Shown: piece after piece, positions 33,810 through 47,869 of the stretch
Layout: each line of letters begins with the position of its first letter
Position numbering within the stretch: position 1 is the stretch's first letter
NCBI GenBank assembly: GCA_950097015.1
Contig: CATNEN010000039.1
Coordinates: forward strand, 5,580,001-5,644,000
Length of the DNA: 64,000 nt
Direction of reading: 5' to 3'
Origin: Macrostomum hystrix
Taxonomy: Eukaryota > Animalia > Platyhelminthes
Program-made: the position numbers and the translations under genes
The notes under the pieces: model-generated
Databases searched by the model: none
The model's input: only the letters and a program-made list of their open reading frames with translations
Told to the model about the DNA's origin: nothing

Positions 33810-33990
33810 GTGGTTTAGCCTAGTGGTTAGAGCATTGGATCACGACTTAAAGGTCGGTGGTTCGATTCCCGATTACAATGGAACTCTGCATTGCGTCAAT
33901 TCACCCAGCTGTTAAATGGGTACCAGTACCAGCATTTCCAGTCCATGGACTGAACAGCCTTGGGAGCGCTGCGCAGTAGCTATATAGTCA
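33810..33990 (+). mobile_element. tRNA-derived SINE, family B (CORE-SINE-like)
   Basis: A box TAGCCTAGTGG and B box GGTTCGATTCCC with a decayed cloverleaf, followed by ttcacccagctgttaaatgggtacc, which resembles the conserved central motif of CORE-type SINEs. Confidence 0.65.
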
Positions 33991-34575
33991 TTAGGGCCGT
34001 TTGTACAAAATTGCCTGATATTGTACAATAATATTGTACACACAGTTTGTGCTCAGGATTCAGCGGTAAGGGTGGAGTTGCCTACTCGCTGGCTACAGGT
34101 TAACTGTAACTAAATGATCTATTAGCAGTGAACCCCATCGGTTCTACTGTCAGTAGTCGAAATGGAACATTTCACACATTGCTAGATGTTTATAATTCAA
34201 AACGTTTAAAGCAAGAAGTTGCACAGCCAAGGCTTTGATTGGCTGAGGCTGGTCACGTGCTTCAGGAAGTCATGCTGAAACCGAGACTATTATTAAAGAA
34301 CAACGTTGTCGAAATTGTCAAATTTGACAATTTTCAGTAAACGAGGCAAAAATAAGAAAGTCACAAGTTGAAGCAACCAGTTGAAATATTTACGCTTTGC
34401 AGATGCCTTGACTTGATATTTTTAGCCAAGACTTGTACAAACAGTTGGGCTTTCGATTTTTTGTTAAATAAAAAATCGACTGCAAAGACAATTAACAAGT
34501 TTGCTCTAAAAAAGCCAGTGAAATTTAATTGCACACGATAGTCTGAACAGCAGATTTCAACAGAGTTTGCAAGCG

Positions 34576-35022
34576 TCATAGACCCTGCTTCTCGGCGAAC
34601 GAGTCAACAAAGTCCTGCACAGCCTCGGGCTCCCGAAGACCAACAAAACTATCAACAACTCGGCCGCCGCGCATGGCCAGCACCATCGGCACGGAGGCCA
34701 CGCGAAACTCTTCGGCTAGATCTGGCAGATTGTCCACGTCAACAGCGGCCAGAAGCACACGCGGCTGCGAGCGAACCGCCTTCTCAAGGCGCGGCTTCAA
34801 CAGCTTGCAGGGGGCGCACCAGGTTGCATGGAACTGGACCAAAGCGGCCGCGTCTGGGGCATTGCGAATGCGCTTGTCAAAATCTGCCATGTCCTGGATT
34901 GCAACAATGTTGCTAGTAGATCCTGCGCTACTTGCCAGGCAACGTTGCGGCTGTAGCAGGCACTGCTGGACTGGTTTCCCTGGCAACGAGGCCACACAAC
35001 TGGCGCGCACAAGGCCAGGCGT
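34576..35022 (-). CDS. Thioredoxin, mitochondrial Trx2-like (terminal exon; start exon not resolved)
   Basis: VQFHATWCAPCKLLKPRLEK, VDVDNLPDLAEEFRVASVPM, DSFVGLR. Basic, acid-poor N-terminal extension resembles a targeting peptide. An in-frame stop lies upstream and there is an acceptor ttccgcag at 35023-35030. Confidence 0.88.
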   Translation of the reverse strand, partial: TPGLVRASCVASLPGKPVQQCLLQPQRCLASSAGSTSNIVAIQDMADFDKRIRNAPDAAALVQFHATWCAPCKLLKPRLEKAVRSQPRVLLAAVDVDNLPDLAEEFRVASVPMVLAMRGGRVVDSFVGLREPEAVQDFVDSFAEKQGL

Positions 35023-37133
35023 CTGCGGAATTCCATTTTGGGCACTTCTTGCTCACAACTGTGCACCAAGATTCCTAACAGTAGGACTATCACGCCATTC
35101 TGCCACCCGTTTTTTATACCAAGGGGCGGAATTTCCCCCTCCCCCGACAATTATTTGTGCTGCACCCGAACGGAGCAACGCAAGCACACGAAACTCAACA
35201 CCACAAGCCAACTTTTTGTTGCGCATCTTCTGAAACAATAATCAAGCCGCCAGCCCCTCAGACTGTCGAGATTTTTCTATAAGAGCGAGTGTAGTTCATA
35301 CCCAGGTATACACGAATTGGCACTGCGCCTCAGTGTGGCCTTGCCAGGCCTTCCAACTTTATCAGCATGTCACCCGAATGTGCCTGCATCATCTCCGACT
35401 TTGGTGGTCACCAACCTTTATCTAGACGGAGCTGCTGGACCTTCAACAGCTGACCTGACAGCTGAATATAGACATCTTGATGCACAATATTCCCATTTCG
35501 CTGATCAAGCCTCAATACGGGACGAAGCTAAACCACAGGACCCTCGCCTAGTCTGCCAATCAATCAGTCACCTCCCCGACGCCGTCAGCAACTTGCCTCC
35601 AGATAGCTATGCAGTCCCTATCGCCAATTTTTCACCTTTCAAACTCAACTACTACTTATTGGAGGTCCAGCAGCTACATCTAGACAAAGGTCGGTGACTA
35701 CGAACCATCGAGTATCTCAACAGTGTGAATGGCTGGCACCTTGATTGTTATTACAAAAGATGCGAAACAAAAAGTTGGCCAGTGATCTTAAGTTTTGTGT
35801 GCTTGCATTGCTCCATTTGGGTGTAGCAAAATTCTAGGTGAAAATTCCCTTTAGTGGTTCTACTGTTAAACTAGGTATTAATACTTGAGTTATACTTGAC
35901 ATAAAAATTTTTCTAAATAATTAAATTTACTAGCTCCACAAAAGTACTAATGGCAACACCTACCATTGCTGAGAAGCATCTAGCAGCACTGGTACACAGA
36001 CTCATTCTTTTAAATCTGAAATGTTTAAGTCAACTGCAAGTAGCTACATGTGCTAAGTTAAAATATCTAGGTGGAATTTAATTGAATTAGGCAAAAAACT
36101 TACAAGGAAATTCTTGCAAATGCCATTGTTTAAAGGATAATCTGAATAAAGGAAATGAATTGTGTGTAAAAGTGGTGCTTTGGTTATAATATGATTAATA
36201 AACATATAAACTTATCACATTGTTTGAGAATGAATTTTATACAAATAAGGAAATAACATTTGCTGGCATTGTTAAGTGCTAGTAAAGTCCTATTGTTAAT
36301 GGATTAAAAAAAGTTCAACAAGCAATCAAATATGGGCACTTGGGATAAGGAATCTATCTCCAAGATACATTTAAAAATAATTGCTAGGCCATATTGATTT
36401 TAACAAAACCAACCACCACATGAAGCCAGTTTCTTTCCTATGCAATTATGCTTAACCTATGCAATAACTCAATTACTCAATTACTCAATAACTCAATTAA
36501 CTGCAATTACTCAATAACTTATGCAATTAGTTATTGAGTTATCCTGAGACATAGGCCTACCAATGCATGTTATGTTACATCATTGGGGGAGTTTTTACAG
36601 TAAGATAGCATGGTTTTGCAACATTTTGGAGCTGCATAGGCCTATAGAGAGGACTAGTGATGGTGATAGGACACAAACAGATATAGGCCCTATTGAGCAA
36701 GAAACTTGATGAATATTAAAGTCTTAAGCTTTTTTCAGTAGGCCCTAGAAATAAAAATTTGCTAGCTATGCAATTCATAATTTGCCATGTCCATCATAAT
36801 AATTGTAGGCCTTGCCAAAGTAGGCAAGCTAGGCTTAGACCAGGCCAGCTAGCTAGATCAACTATACCATGGGCGCATGGAATCTTTTTTGTATAGGCCC
36901 TAGATATATATTTATAGGACATGGTAAATAGCCAGGTCTATAGCTATTACAGGCAATGTTTGCTTCTTTAGACTCAAGTGACTTTCTTCCTCATTAAAGA
37001 GAAAAAATACAGCATATGTGTCGTTTCGTTCGTCAAGAGCAAGTAGGCCTACTGCAAGTAATTTCAGTAATAAATAACGAGTGGGGATAACAAATTTAAC
37101 AATAACGAATGCCAGGTTGATTGTTAGCTTCTT

Positions 37134-37275
37134 TTAAAGTGGATATTGCAGGGCGACACACCACAGGAAGCGTCCAAGCACTGGGCGCGGAAACTGTCTG
37201 CGCCACAGGTACTCCTGTAGGTGCGTCTCGAACAGGGAGTCCCTGGTTCCGTACATCTGGCGAACGAACGAAACG
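37134..37275 (-). pseudogene. Remnant of a Merlin/IS1595-like (ISXO2) transposase C-terminus
   Basis: MYGTRDSLFETHLQEYLWRRQF...FLWCVALQYPL* fits the G...L..YL.EF.WR...F...I...YP tail pattern of this family as I recall it. The upstream part is missing. Confidence 0.5.
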
Positions 37276-39155
37276 ACACATGCCAAGGCTAGCACTCCAG
37301 CTAGGCTTAATTTTACATTTTCACACGACGAAGGCTTTACAAATATATATAATATAACATGCATTCAAAGTTAAAGTGGAAACTAGAATCATGCTACAAT
37401 AGTCCTAGTGAACTTGAAAGTTTAGTTAAAGTTGTAGTTTTTTAGATATTTCTTATATATATCTCCACGTCAACGTGCTCGATAAACATCCAATCTCGCC
37501 ACTCGCGATCTCGATTTAATCTCGGCCATGGCAAAGAAAATTTGCAGTACTTGTCTTAATAGTATTATTATTATTTATGTAAAACTCAATGTTTTATTTT
37601 TATTTTATAAACGTGTGTTTTCATTGTAAACTGCTTTAGTTTAGTTGTTTTCTTATTTTCAAAGAAATGTTGGCAGAAAAATTTAAAACGTTTTTCATTC
37701 CTCGAAAGCAAAAAAATTTGCGATCTAGGCGTTTCGAGTATTATAAAATAATGTATTATTAAAGTCATGCAGAAGTAGAGGCATTGCTTGTCTTAACGTT
37801 AGGTTTTATTTGCCTTTTTCATTTCAAAACAATGTTTTCATACATTATGCAATATATGCACGATTAGATATTCATATACATATCAGTGTCAGTATCTTAA
37901 TATTTACTTCATTTTGTAATTTCAAATTGCTCGAATTAATTCTTGCTGCAAGTATTTATATGACCGAAGTAGCTACTTTACCTTTATCTTATTTTTAGTT
38001 AAATTTATATTTAAAAAATAAATTAATAAAGCCTCGTCCTGCCAGACACTTTTATATTGCTGTGTGATGGTATGCTGAAGCACAGTATGCATTGCTGTGC
38101 AGAATGAAAGAAACTATTTTTTAAAAATATTTTAAAGTCTAAATTGACATTCAATAATTTATTCATTAATATTTTATTGAGGATAATGCAGTAATATGCC
38201 AAAAACTTGTGGGTGTGAATGTCTAAAATCGAAAGAATTTGAGAGATCTCTCAGTTAAATACTCGAAATGACTACTTACAGTACGTCATTAGGGTAGATT
38301 ATCTTATTTCTCTTTTATTGTGTTTCAAAACTGACTGACATTTTTAATCAAGTCCAGGCAGATACACGACTCAACGTAATAAAAACGAGCATATTACATT
38401 GCTCGCAAGAGAGATCGAGCAAGATAGAATTTCTAACAAGTTGAATATTTTCTTTACTAACAGCTTGAACCACAGAATTCCGCAAATGCCTATTCGCAAA
38501 CAAGAATCTCGATCGTGCCAATTCGAAATCGAGGGTGAAGCAATTTTTATTTCGCCAAGATTCATATCGATGTGTTTTTCTTCTGGACCGTTAGCAAAGT
38601 CTCCTCCGTGCTCAATTAGCTGATTGTTATGTAGCAAATTTGCAGATCCGATCTTTCTTTTAACTGAACACAAATATGCTCGAGTGCTCACGGGTGAACA
38701 GCTGGTAGGACCTACAGAAGTTTTAAGTACAAGGCGAGCATAAAACCTTCTTTTTAAGGCCAGGGATTCATTATGGAATGAATCAATGTTTTTGCCAAGC
38801 TTTACTACGAAAATGTTGGAAGGCCTGTCAATTAGATCATATATCAGTATTTTTGTCGAGATGATGAGGTGCTAAGGGGCTTGAAGGATGGACTTATCTG
38901 CAACTAGATAACAAGCCTTGCCTTGTAGAGCATCTGCTATAAAAGCAATTATTGAAGAAAGATAACTGACTATAGAGAATTAACGCTTACAAAAGTTCTA
39001 AAAATAGCAACTGACGTCATACAATTGCTGGCTTTGCTGGCTTTACAAAAGTTCTAAAAATAGCAACTGACGTCATGCAATTGCTGGCTTTGTGATTCAA
39101 CGAAAAAATGCAAGAAATCTGAAGATATTGTGTTACAACTATTTCCAGCCCAGGA

Positions 39156-41047
39156 ATGGACCAGCTGTCAGAGTTTCTGGCCTCAGTTCCTCCCGGAGAC
39201 TCTCGCCTGACCGCGGCTGCCGACTTCCTCGACCGCCTGCCAACGGGCGCCCGCGTCGCCTTGGTGACATCCGGCGGCACCAAGGTGCCACTTGAGGCTC
39301 AGACTGTGAGATTCATCGACAACTTTAGCGTCGGCAGCCGGGGCGCTCTTTCTGGTGAAGCATTTCTGCGTAACGGCTACGCAACGATCTTCCTGCACCG
39401 ACAGGGTTCCATGCTGCCCTTCGCCCACCGATTGCCACCACCTGAGCAGCTGCTGGGCCACTTGCTGATGCCTGACAGTCAGGTAGGAGCCAGGCTGTCA
39501 GTGCTGACAGTATGGTAGGAGCCAGGCTGTCAGTGGTGACAGTATGGTAGGAGCCAGGCTGTCAGTGCTGACAGTATGGTAGGAGCCAGGCTGTCAGTGC
39601 TGACAGTATGGTAGGAGCCAGGCTGTCAGGACTGACAGTCAGGTAGGAGCCAGGCTGTCAGTGCTGACAGTATGGTAGGAGCCAGGCTGTCAGTGCTGAC
39701 AGTATGGTAGGAGCCAGGCTGTCAGTGCTGACAGTATGGTAGGAGCCAGGCTGTCAGTGCTGACAGTATGGTAGGAGCCAGGCTGTCAGTGCTGACAGTA
39801 TGGTAGGAGCCAGGCTGTCAGTGCTGACAGTATGGTAGGAGCCAGGCTGTCAGTGCTGACAGTCTGGTAGGAGCCAGGCTGTCAGTGCTGACAGTCAGGT
39901 AGGAACCCACCTGTTTGTCTTCTGCAGGTTGGCGTGGCCTTTCAGCAGGAAGTTCGCGCCGAGATCGCCAACTTGTTGCGGGATTATCGTGAGCTGGCCA
40001 GCCCAGATCGTTTCCTGTTGCTGTCTTACGTTACAGTCCAGGAGTACCTCAGCCTGCTGCACCAACTGGCCCAACTGCTGGCGCCCTTAGCCGGCCGGGC
40101 CCTGCTTTACCTGGCGGCCGCGGTGTCAGACTTCTACGTGCCCGCAGGCAGCATGCCGGAGCACAAGATTCAGTCATCGGCCGGGGAGCCCCAAATCTGC
40201 CTGCGATTGGTGCCCAAACTGCTGGGCAGTCTGGTCCGGGACACCGCGCCCCGCTGCCTTGTGGTGAGCTCTCCTTGACACCTTGGATTGAAGGTGTGAT
40301 AATTGAATTGAAGGTGTGATAATTGGATTGAAGGTGTGATAATTGAATTGAAGGTGTGATAATTGGATTGAAGGTGTGATAATTGAATTGAAGGTGTGAT
40401 AATTGGATTGAAGGTGTGATAATTGGATTGAAGGTGTGATAATTGAATTGAAGGTGTGATAATTGGATTGAAGGTGTGATAATTGGATTGAAGGTATGAT
40501 AATTGGATTGAAGGTGTGATAATTGGATTGAAGGTATGATAATTGGATTGAAGGTGTGATAATTGGATTGAAGGTATGATAACTGAATTGAAGGTGTGAT
40601 AATTGGATTGAAGGTGTGATAATTGGATTGAAGGTGTGATAATTGGATTGAAGGTGTGATAATTGGATTGAAGGTGTGATAATTGGATTGAAGGTGTGAT
40701 AATTGAATTGAAGGTATGATAATTGGATTGAAGGTGTGGTAATTGGATTAAAAGTGTGATAATTGGATTGACCTGCCTACAACCAGGTGACCTTCAAACT
40801 GGAAACTGACGAGCGCCTTCTGAAGGACAAAGCTGAGGGCGCCCTGGCCAGTTACGGTCATGACGTGGTTGTGGCTAACCTGCTTCAGAGCCGGCGGGAG
40901 ATTGTGTGGCTTTATTGCCACGGCGGCGTCTGCAAAACTGTGCGCGCCAACGGAAGCGAGGATATCGAGAAGGGCATTGTGGAATTCTTAGCCGGCTATC
41001 ACAGAGACCACTTCCCGTCTGCTGAGGTGGCTGTCAGAGCTGAGTAG
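39156..41047 (+). CDS. PPCS: Phosphopantothenate--cysteine ligase (CoA biosynthesis), 3 exons
   Basis: Exons 39156-39482, 39928-40263, 40787-41047, all phase 0 GT-AG. Motifs [54 protein letters not shown]. Confidence 0.96.
39472..39904. repeat. 32-bp minisatellite (~13 copies) built from the PPCS exon 1/intron 1 junction
   Basis: Unit ctgacagt(ca/at)g|gtaggagccaggctgtcagtg. Confidence 0.95.
40283..40771. repeat. 20-bp minisatellite filling PPCS intron 2
   Basis: Unit aattggattgaaggtgtgat. Confidence 0.95.
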
Positions 41048-41538
41048 TGTCAGGACAGGCTAGGGTGTCAGGACAGGGTAGGGTGTCAGGACAGGCTAGG
41101 GTGTCAGGACAGCGTAGGATGTCAGGACAGGCTAGGGTGTCAGGACAGGCTAGGGTGTCAGGACAGGCTAGGGTGTCAGGACAGGGTAGGATGTCAGGAC
41201 AGGCTAGGATGTCAGGACAGGGTAGGATTAGCCAAGCATTAACACAGGCTAAGCATTAGCCAAACACAGGCTAAGCATTAGCCAAACACAGGATAAGCAT
41301 TAGCCAAACACAGGCTAAGCATTAGCCAAACACAGGCTAAGCATTAGCCAAACACAGGCTAAGCATTAGCCAAACACAGGCTAAGCATTAGCCAAACACA
41401 GGCTAAGCATTAGCCAAACACAGGCTAAGCATTAGCCAAACACAGGCTAAGCATTAGCCAAACACAGGCTAAGCATTAGCCAAACACAGGCTAAGCATTA
41501 GCCAAACACAGGCTAAGCATTAGCCAAACACAGGCTAA
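41048..41538. repeat. Two abutting minisatellites (18 bp then 22 bp) starting right after the PPCS stop codon
   Basis: tgtcaggacaggctaggg x~10, then ttagccaaacacaggctaagca x~13. Confidence 0.93.
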
Positions 41539-42019
41539 ATAGTCGATGGGTTTTGGCTAATCGGTCTGTCTCGTATTTGTTGTTTGATTTATTATTCTAT
41601 TTTATACATTCAATTTTTGTTAATTTTAATCAAAGTTGGTTTTATTAATCAAAGAGATGAGCAACCGCAAAACTTGTTATAGTTTTCTACGCCTGTCAAT
41701 CAACTGAATTATTTTGTGTTTTCTGAGTAGACTCAACCCTGTCATTGCTTTTCATCATCAGTTTGCCAATCTTACTGTTAAAATAACTCCAAGGTCTAAT
41801 AATAAACCAGCTGCTTGTTTTTCGAATGTCATTTAGTTTAATCGCATCCTGTTTACAAATTAATGCAGCGGTCAAGGCACAGTTAACCGTTTGTTTTGCC
41901 TTGCAACCTAAGCAAAGAATGTGGCATGTGGGCTTATCTCCTGTTTTTTTCAAAGCTCATCGATTAGAGACCATATTTTATGCCAATAGAGATTTTATCA
42001 GTCTTACATGATTCTCCCA

Positions 42020-43720
42020 CTATGACCCAGAATAGTCCTCTCATTATGACTCAGAGTAATCCTCAACAATGAACAAAACATAACCCTACTATGACCCAGA
42101 AAAATCCTCCCACAATGACCCATAGACTATGACCCAGAACAATCCTCCCAGAATGACCCAGAACAATCCTCCTAAAATGACCCAGAACAATCCTCCCAGA
42201 ATGACCCAGAACAATCCTCCCAGAATGACCCAGAACAATCCTGCTAGAATGACCCAGAACAATTCTCCCAGAATGACCCAGAATAATCCTCCCAGAATGA
42301 CCCAGAACAATCCTCCCAGAATGACCCAGAACAATCCTCCCAGAATGACCCAGAACAATCCTCCCAGAATGACCCAGAACAATCCTCCCAGAATGACCCA
42401 GAACAATCCTCCCAGAATGACCCAGAACAATCCTCCCAGAATTACCCAGAACAATCCTCCCAGAATTACCCAGAACAATCCTCCCAGAATTACCCAGAAC
42501 AATCCTCCCAGAATGACCCAGAATAACCCTCCCAGAATGACCCAGAACAATCCTCCTAAAATGACCCAGAATAATCCTCCCAGAATGACCCAGAACAATC
42601 CTCCCAGAATGACCCAGAACAATCCTCCTAAAATGACCCAGAATAATCCTCCCAGAATTACCCAGAACAATCCTCCCAGAATGACCCAGAACAATCCTCC
42701 TAAAATGACCCAGAATAATCCTCCCAGAATGACCCAGAACAATCCTCCCAGAATGACCCAGAATAATCCTCCTAAAATGACCCAGAATAATCCTCCCAGA
42801 ATGACCCAGAATAATCCTCCCAGAATGACCTAGAACAATCCTCCCAGAATGACCCAGAACAATCCTCCCAGAATGACCCAGAACAATCCTCCCAGAATTA
42901 CCCAGAACAATCCTCCCAGAATTACCCAGAACAATCCTCCCAGAATGACCCAGAATAATCCTCCCAGAATGACCCAGAACAATCCTCCCAGAATGACCCA
43001 GAACAATCCTCCCAGAATGACCCAGAACAATCCTCCCAGAATGACCCAGAACAATCCTCCCAGAATTACCCAGAACAATCCTCCCTGAATGACCCAGAAC
43101 AATCCTCCCAGAATGACCCAGAACAATCCTCCCAGAATGACCCAGAACAATCCTCCTAAAATGACCTAAAACAATCCTCCCAGAATGACCCAGAACAATC
43201 CTCCCAGAATGACCCAGAACAATCCTCCTAAAATGACCCAGAATAATCCTCCCAGAATGACCCAGAACAATCCTCCCAGAATGACCCAGAATAATCCTCC
43301 CAGAATGACCCAGAATAATCCTCCCAGAATGACCCAGAACAATCCTCCCAGAATGACCCAGAACAATCCTCCCAGAATGACCCAGAACAATCCTCCCAGA
43401 ATGACCCAGAACAATCCTCCTAAAATGACCCAGACTAATCCTCCCAGAATGACCCTCCCACTATGACCCAGAATGACCCTCCCACTATGATCCAGAATGA
43501 CCTTTCCCATTGTCCCAGAATGACCCTCCCACTATGACCCAAAATGAACCTCCCACTATGATCCAGAATGACCTTTCCCACTGACCCAAAATGACCCTCC
43601 CACTATGACCCAGAATGACCCTCCGACTATGACCCAGAATGACCTTCCACTATGACCCAGAATGATCCCCGTCTAAGACTCAGAATGACCTCCCGCTATG
43701 ACCTAGAACGAATGACCTTC
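42020..43720. repeat. 24-bp minisatellite with degenerate edges
   Basis: Unit atgacccagaacaatcctcccaga. Confidence 0.95.
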
Positions 43721-44239
43721 CACTAAAAATTAAAACCACAGCCAGGGTCGCATACGGAAATTTTGTCTTCAAGATTGGGCAACATGTTAAATCTACAGTA
43801 AAACTGAGAAGCTGGCTATAAGCCGAGAAGCGCGCGGTTAGAAAAATACAAATCATGTTTTTTTTCTTCCTGAACAACAGAACAAGAGAGAACGCAGAGC
43901 ACATTGATTGAAGGTTTTAAGTCTTTTGTTCGAGACAGTTGAAAACATTCGCCACTGTTCCTGCACGTATTGCAATTTGTTTCAACTCAGCGATTTCATA
44001 GGCAAGCTCGTATTATTAGTGATCTACTCCAGTGATTGTCTCATTGCTGACAATGCAGCTGAATCAGTTTTTGGAATCCACGTTTTTCCTCGAGTGTTCT
44101 TGGGCAATAAAATAGCAGACACCGAGTCTAATACCATTCTTGTCCCTGTGTATATGGCGCTTACTTGAAAAAATTGCTTTTTATAGCCACCGACTCCTGC
44201 TATAGAGTTTATAGACTCTATAGACTCCTGCTTTTATAG

Positions 44240-44710
44240 ACTCCTGCTGCGATTCTAGCTGCAACTCCTGCTGCGATTCTAGCTGCAACTCCTGCTGCGA
44301 TTCTAGCTGTGACTCCTGCTGCGATTCTAGCTGCAACTCCTGCTGCGATTCTAGCTGTGACTCCTGCTGCGATTCTAGCTGCAACTCCTGCTGCGATTCT
44401 AGCTGCAACTCCTGCTGCGATTCTAGCTGTGACTCCTGCTGCGATTCTAGCTGCAACTCCTGCTGCGATTCTAGCTGCAACTCCTGCTGCGGTTCTAGCT
44501 GCAACTGCTGCTGCGATTGTAGCTGCGACTCCTGTTGTGATTCTAGCTGTGAATCCTGCTGCGACTTCTGCTGCGATTCTAGCTGCAACTGCTGCTGTGA
44601 ATCTAGCTGTGACTCCTGCTGTGAATCTAGATGCGGCTCCTTCTGCGATTCTTGCTTCGGCTCCAGCTTCGATTCTAGCTGCGATTCTTGCTTCGGCTCC
44701 AGCTTCGATT
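44240..44710. repeat. 24-bp minisatellite
   Basis: Unit ctcctgctgcgattctagctgcaa. Confidence 0.9.
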
Positions 44711-45305
44711 CTGTTTGCTTATTTCGCTAGGGTTCTAAATTTACTCGCCTCTAAAAATGCGCATTGTTCGCCGCTGCAAGCCAATATGCAGCTCAAAAGC
44801 CATTAACTGATTGCTTTGAGCTGGTATGCAGTCAGGAGTCGCTGATGCTTGACAGTTTGAATATTACAATTGTCTACTCAAAATCTAGAACTCACTGGTG
44901 TGAGATAGTCAGTTTTTTTTGCAGAAACGAGCGTGTATATGTAGCTCGTATACATGTGTATATGTATATGAAGAATGTATTTTCAGAATCCCATAAGCAG
45001 TCGATTTGTTTCTCTCGTAGGTAACCGTTACCTATGTTCAGATTGATGCTACTCGTAATTCATAGAATTAGTCCGAAGTGATTCGTATCGCTTTAATTCC
45101 CACTTTCAATTAAAGTACATCACAGAGTATAGAATGAAATAGATTTGAGTGCACTCAATGCCAGTTGCGACTGAATTTGACCTGTAGGTGAGTGCATGGA
45201 ATAGGTGTATCGGCCCCTGCACACAACACAAATCAATCAGTTTCGCAGCACTGCAAAGTTCCGCACTGGGTAGGTTACACCTATAACTACTGCTATCTTT
45301 GCTGA

Positions 45306-47372
<2,067 letters not shown>

Positions 47373-47869
47373 ATCGGTTGATGGGCGAGGTCGCTCATAG
47401 TTCCCCACACCCAGCCGCCTTTAAATAGGTTATTTTTGACTCGCAGGGCGCAAGCCAATCGGACTGATTGAGGCCGATTAGTAATTTAATGCGGGATTTA
47501 TTTTGGAAATTTCCCCAGCCCCACGGATTCAAGATCTGAAGGGATCGCGTGCCAATTGCCAATCAAATTTGACACCGCGGGACTGAAATAGAATCGCTTC
47601 GGGGAAGATTAGCACGGAGAAATAGCACCTCCTCAATCGCATTTTTACGTTACGTCGCATTGTTCTTGTCAACAATATCCATCCATACATTTCAAATAGC
47701 GTCTTTATTCTTTAAATATTTTAGTACAAACAACAACGCCCCAAGTCCCCTTTGTACTTTAATACTCGGAAATACTAGCAAGATTCTTGTCGATTGACGG
47801 TGATCGGAAATTTCAGAGAAGTCCGGAAATTGTCCCCTCCCTCCTACAAGCATCAAATCTTCCTCTCTC

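Noticed and set aside
33810-33885. tRNA gene (also the tRNA-like head at ~15710-15787)
   Set aside because: A and B boxes are present but the acceptor stems do not pair and SINE body sequence follows; classed as SINE heads.
38700-39015. Possible degenerate gag remnant (..LTLTKVLKIA..)
   Set aside because: Too short and interrupted by stops and frameshifts to support a call.
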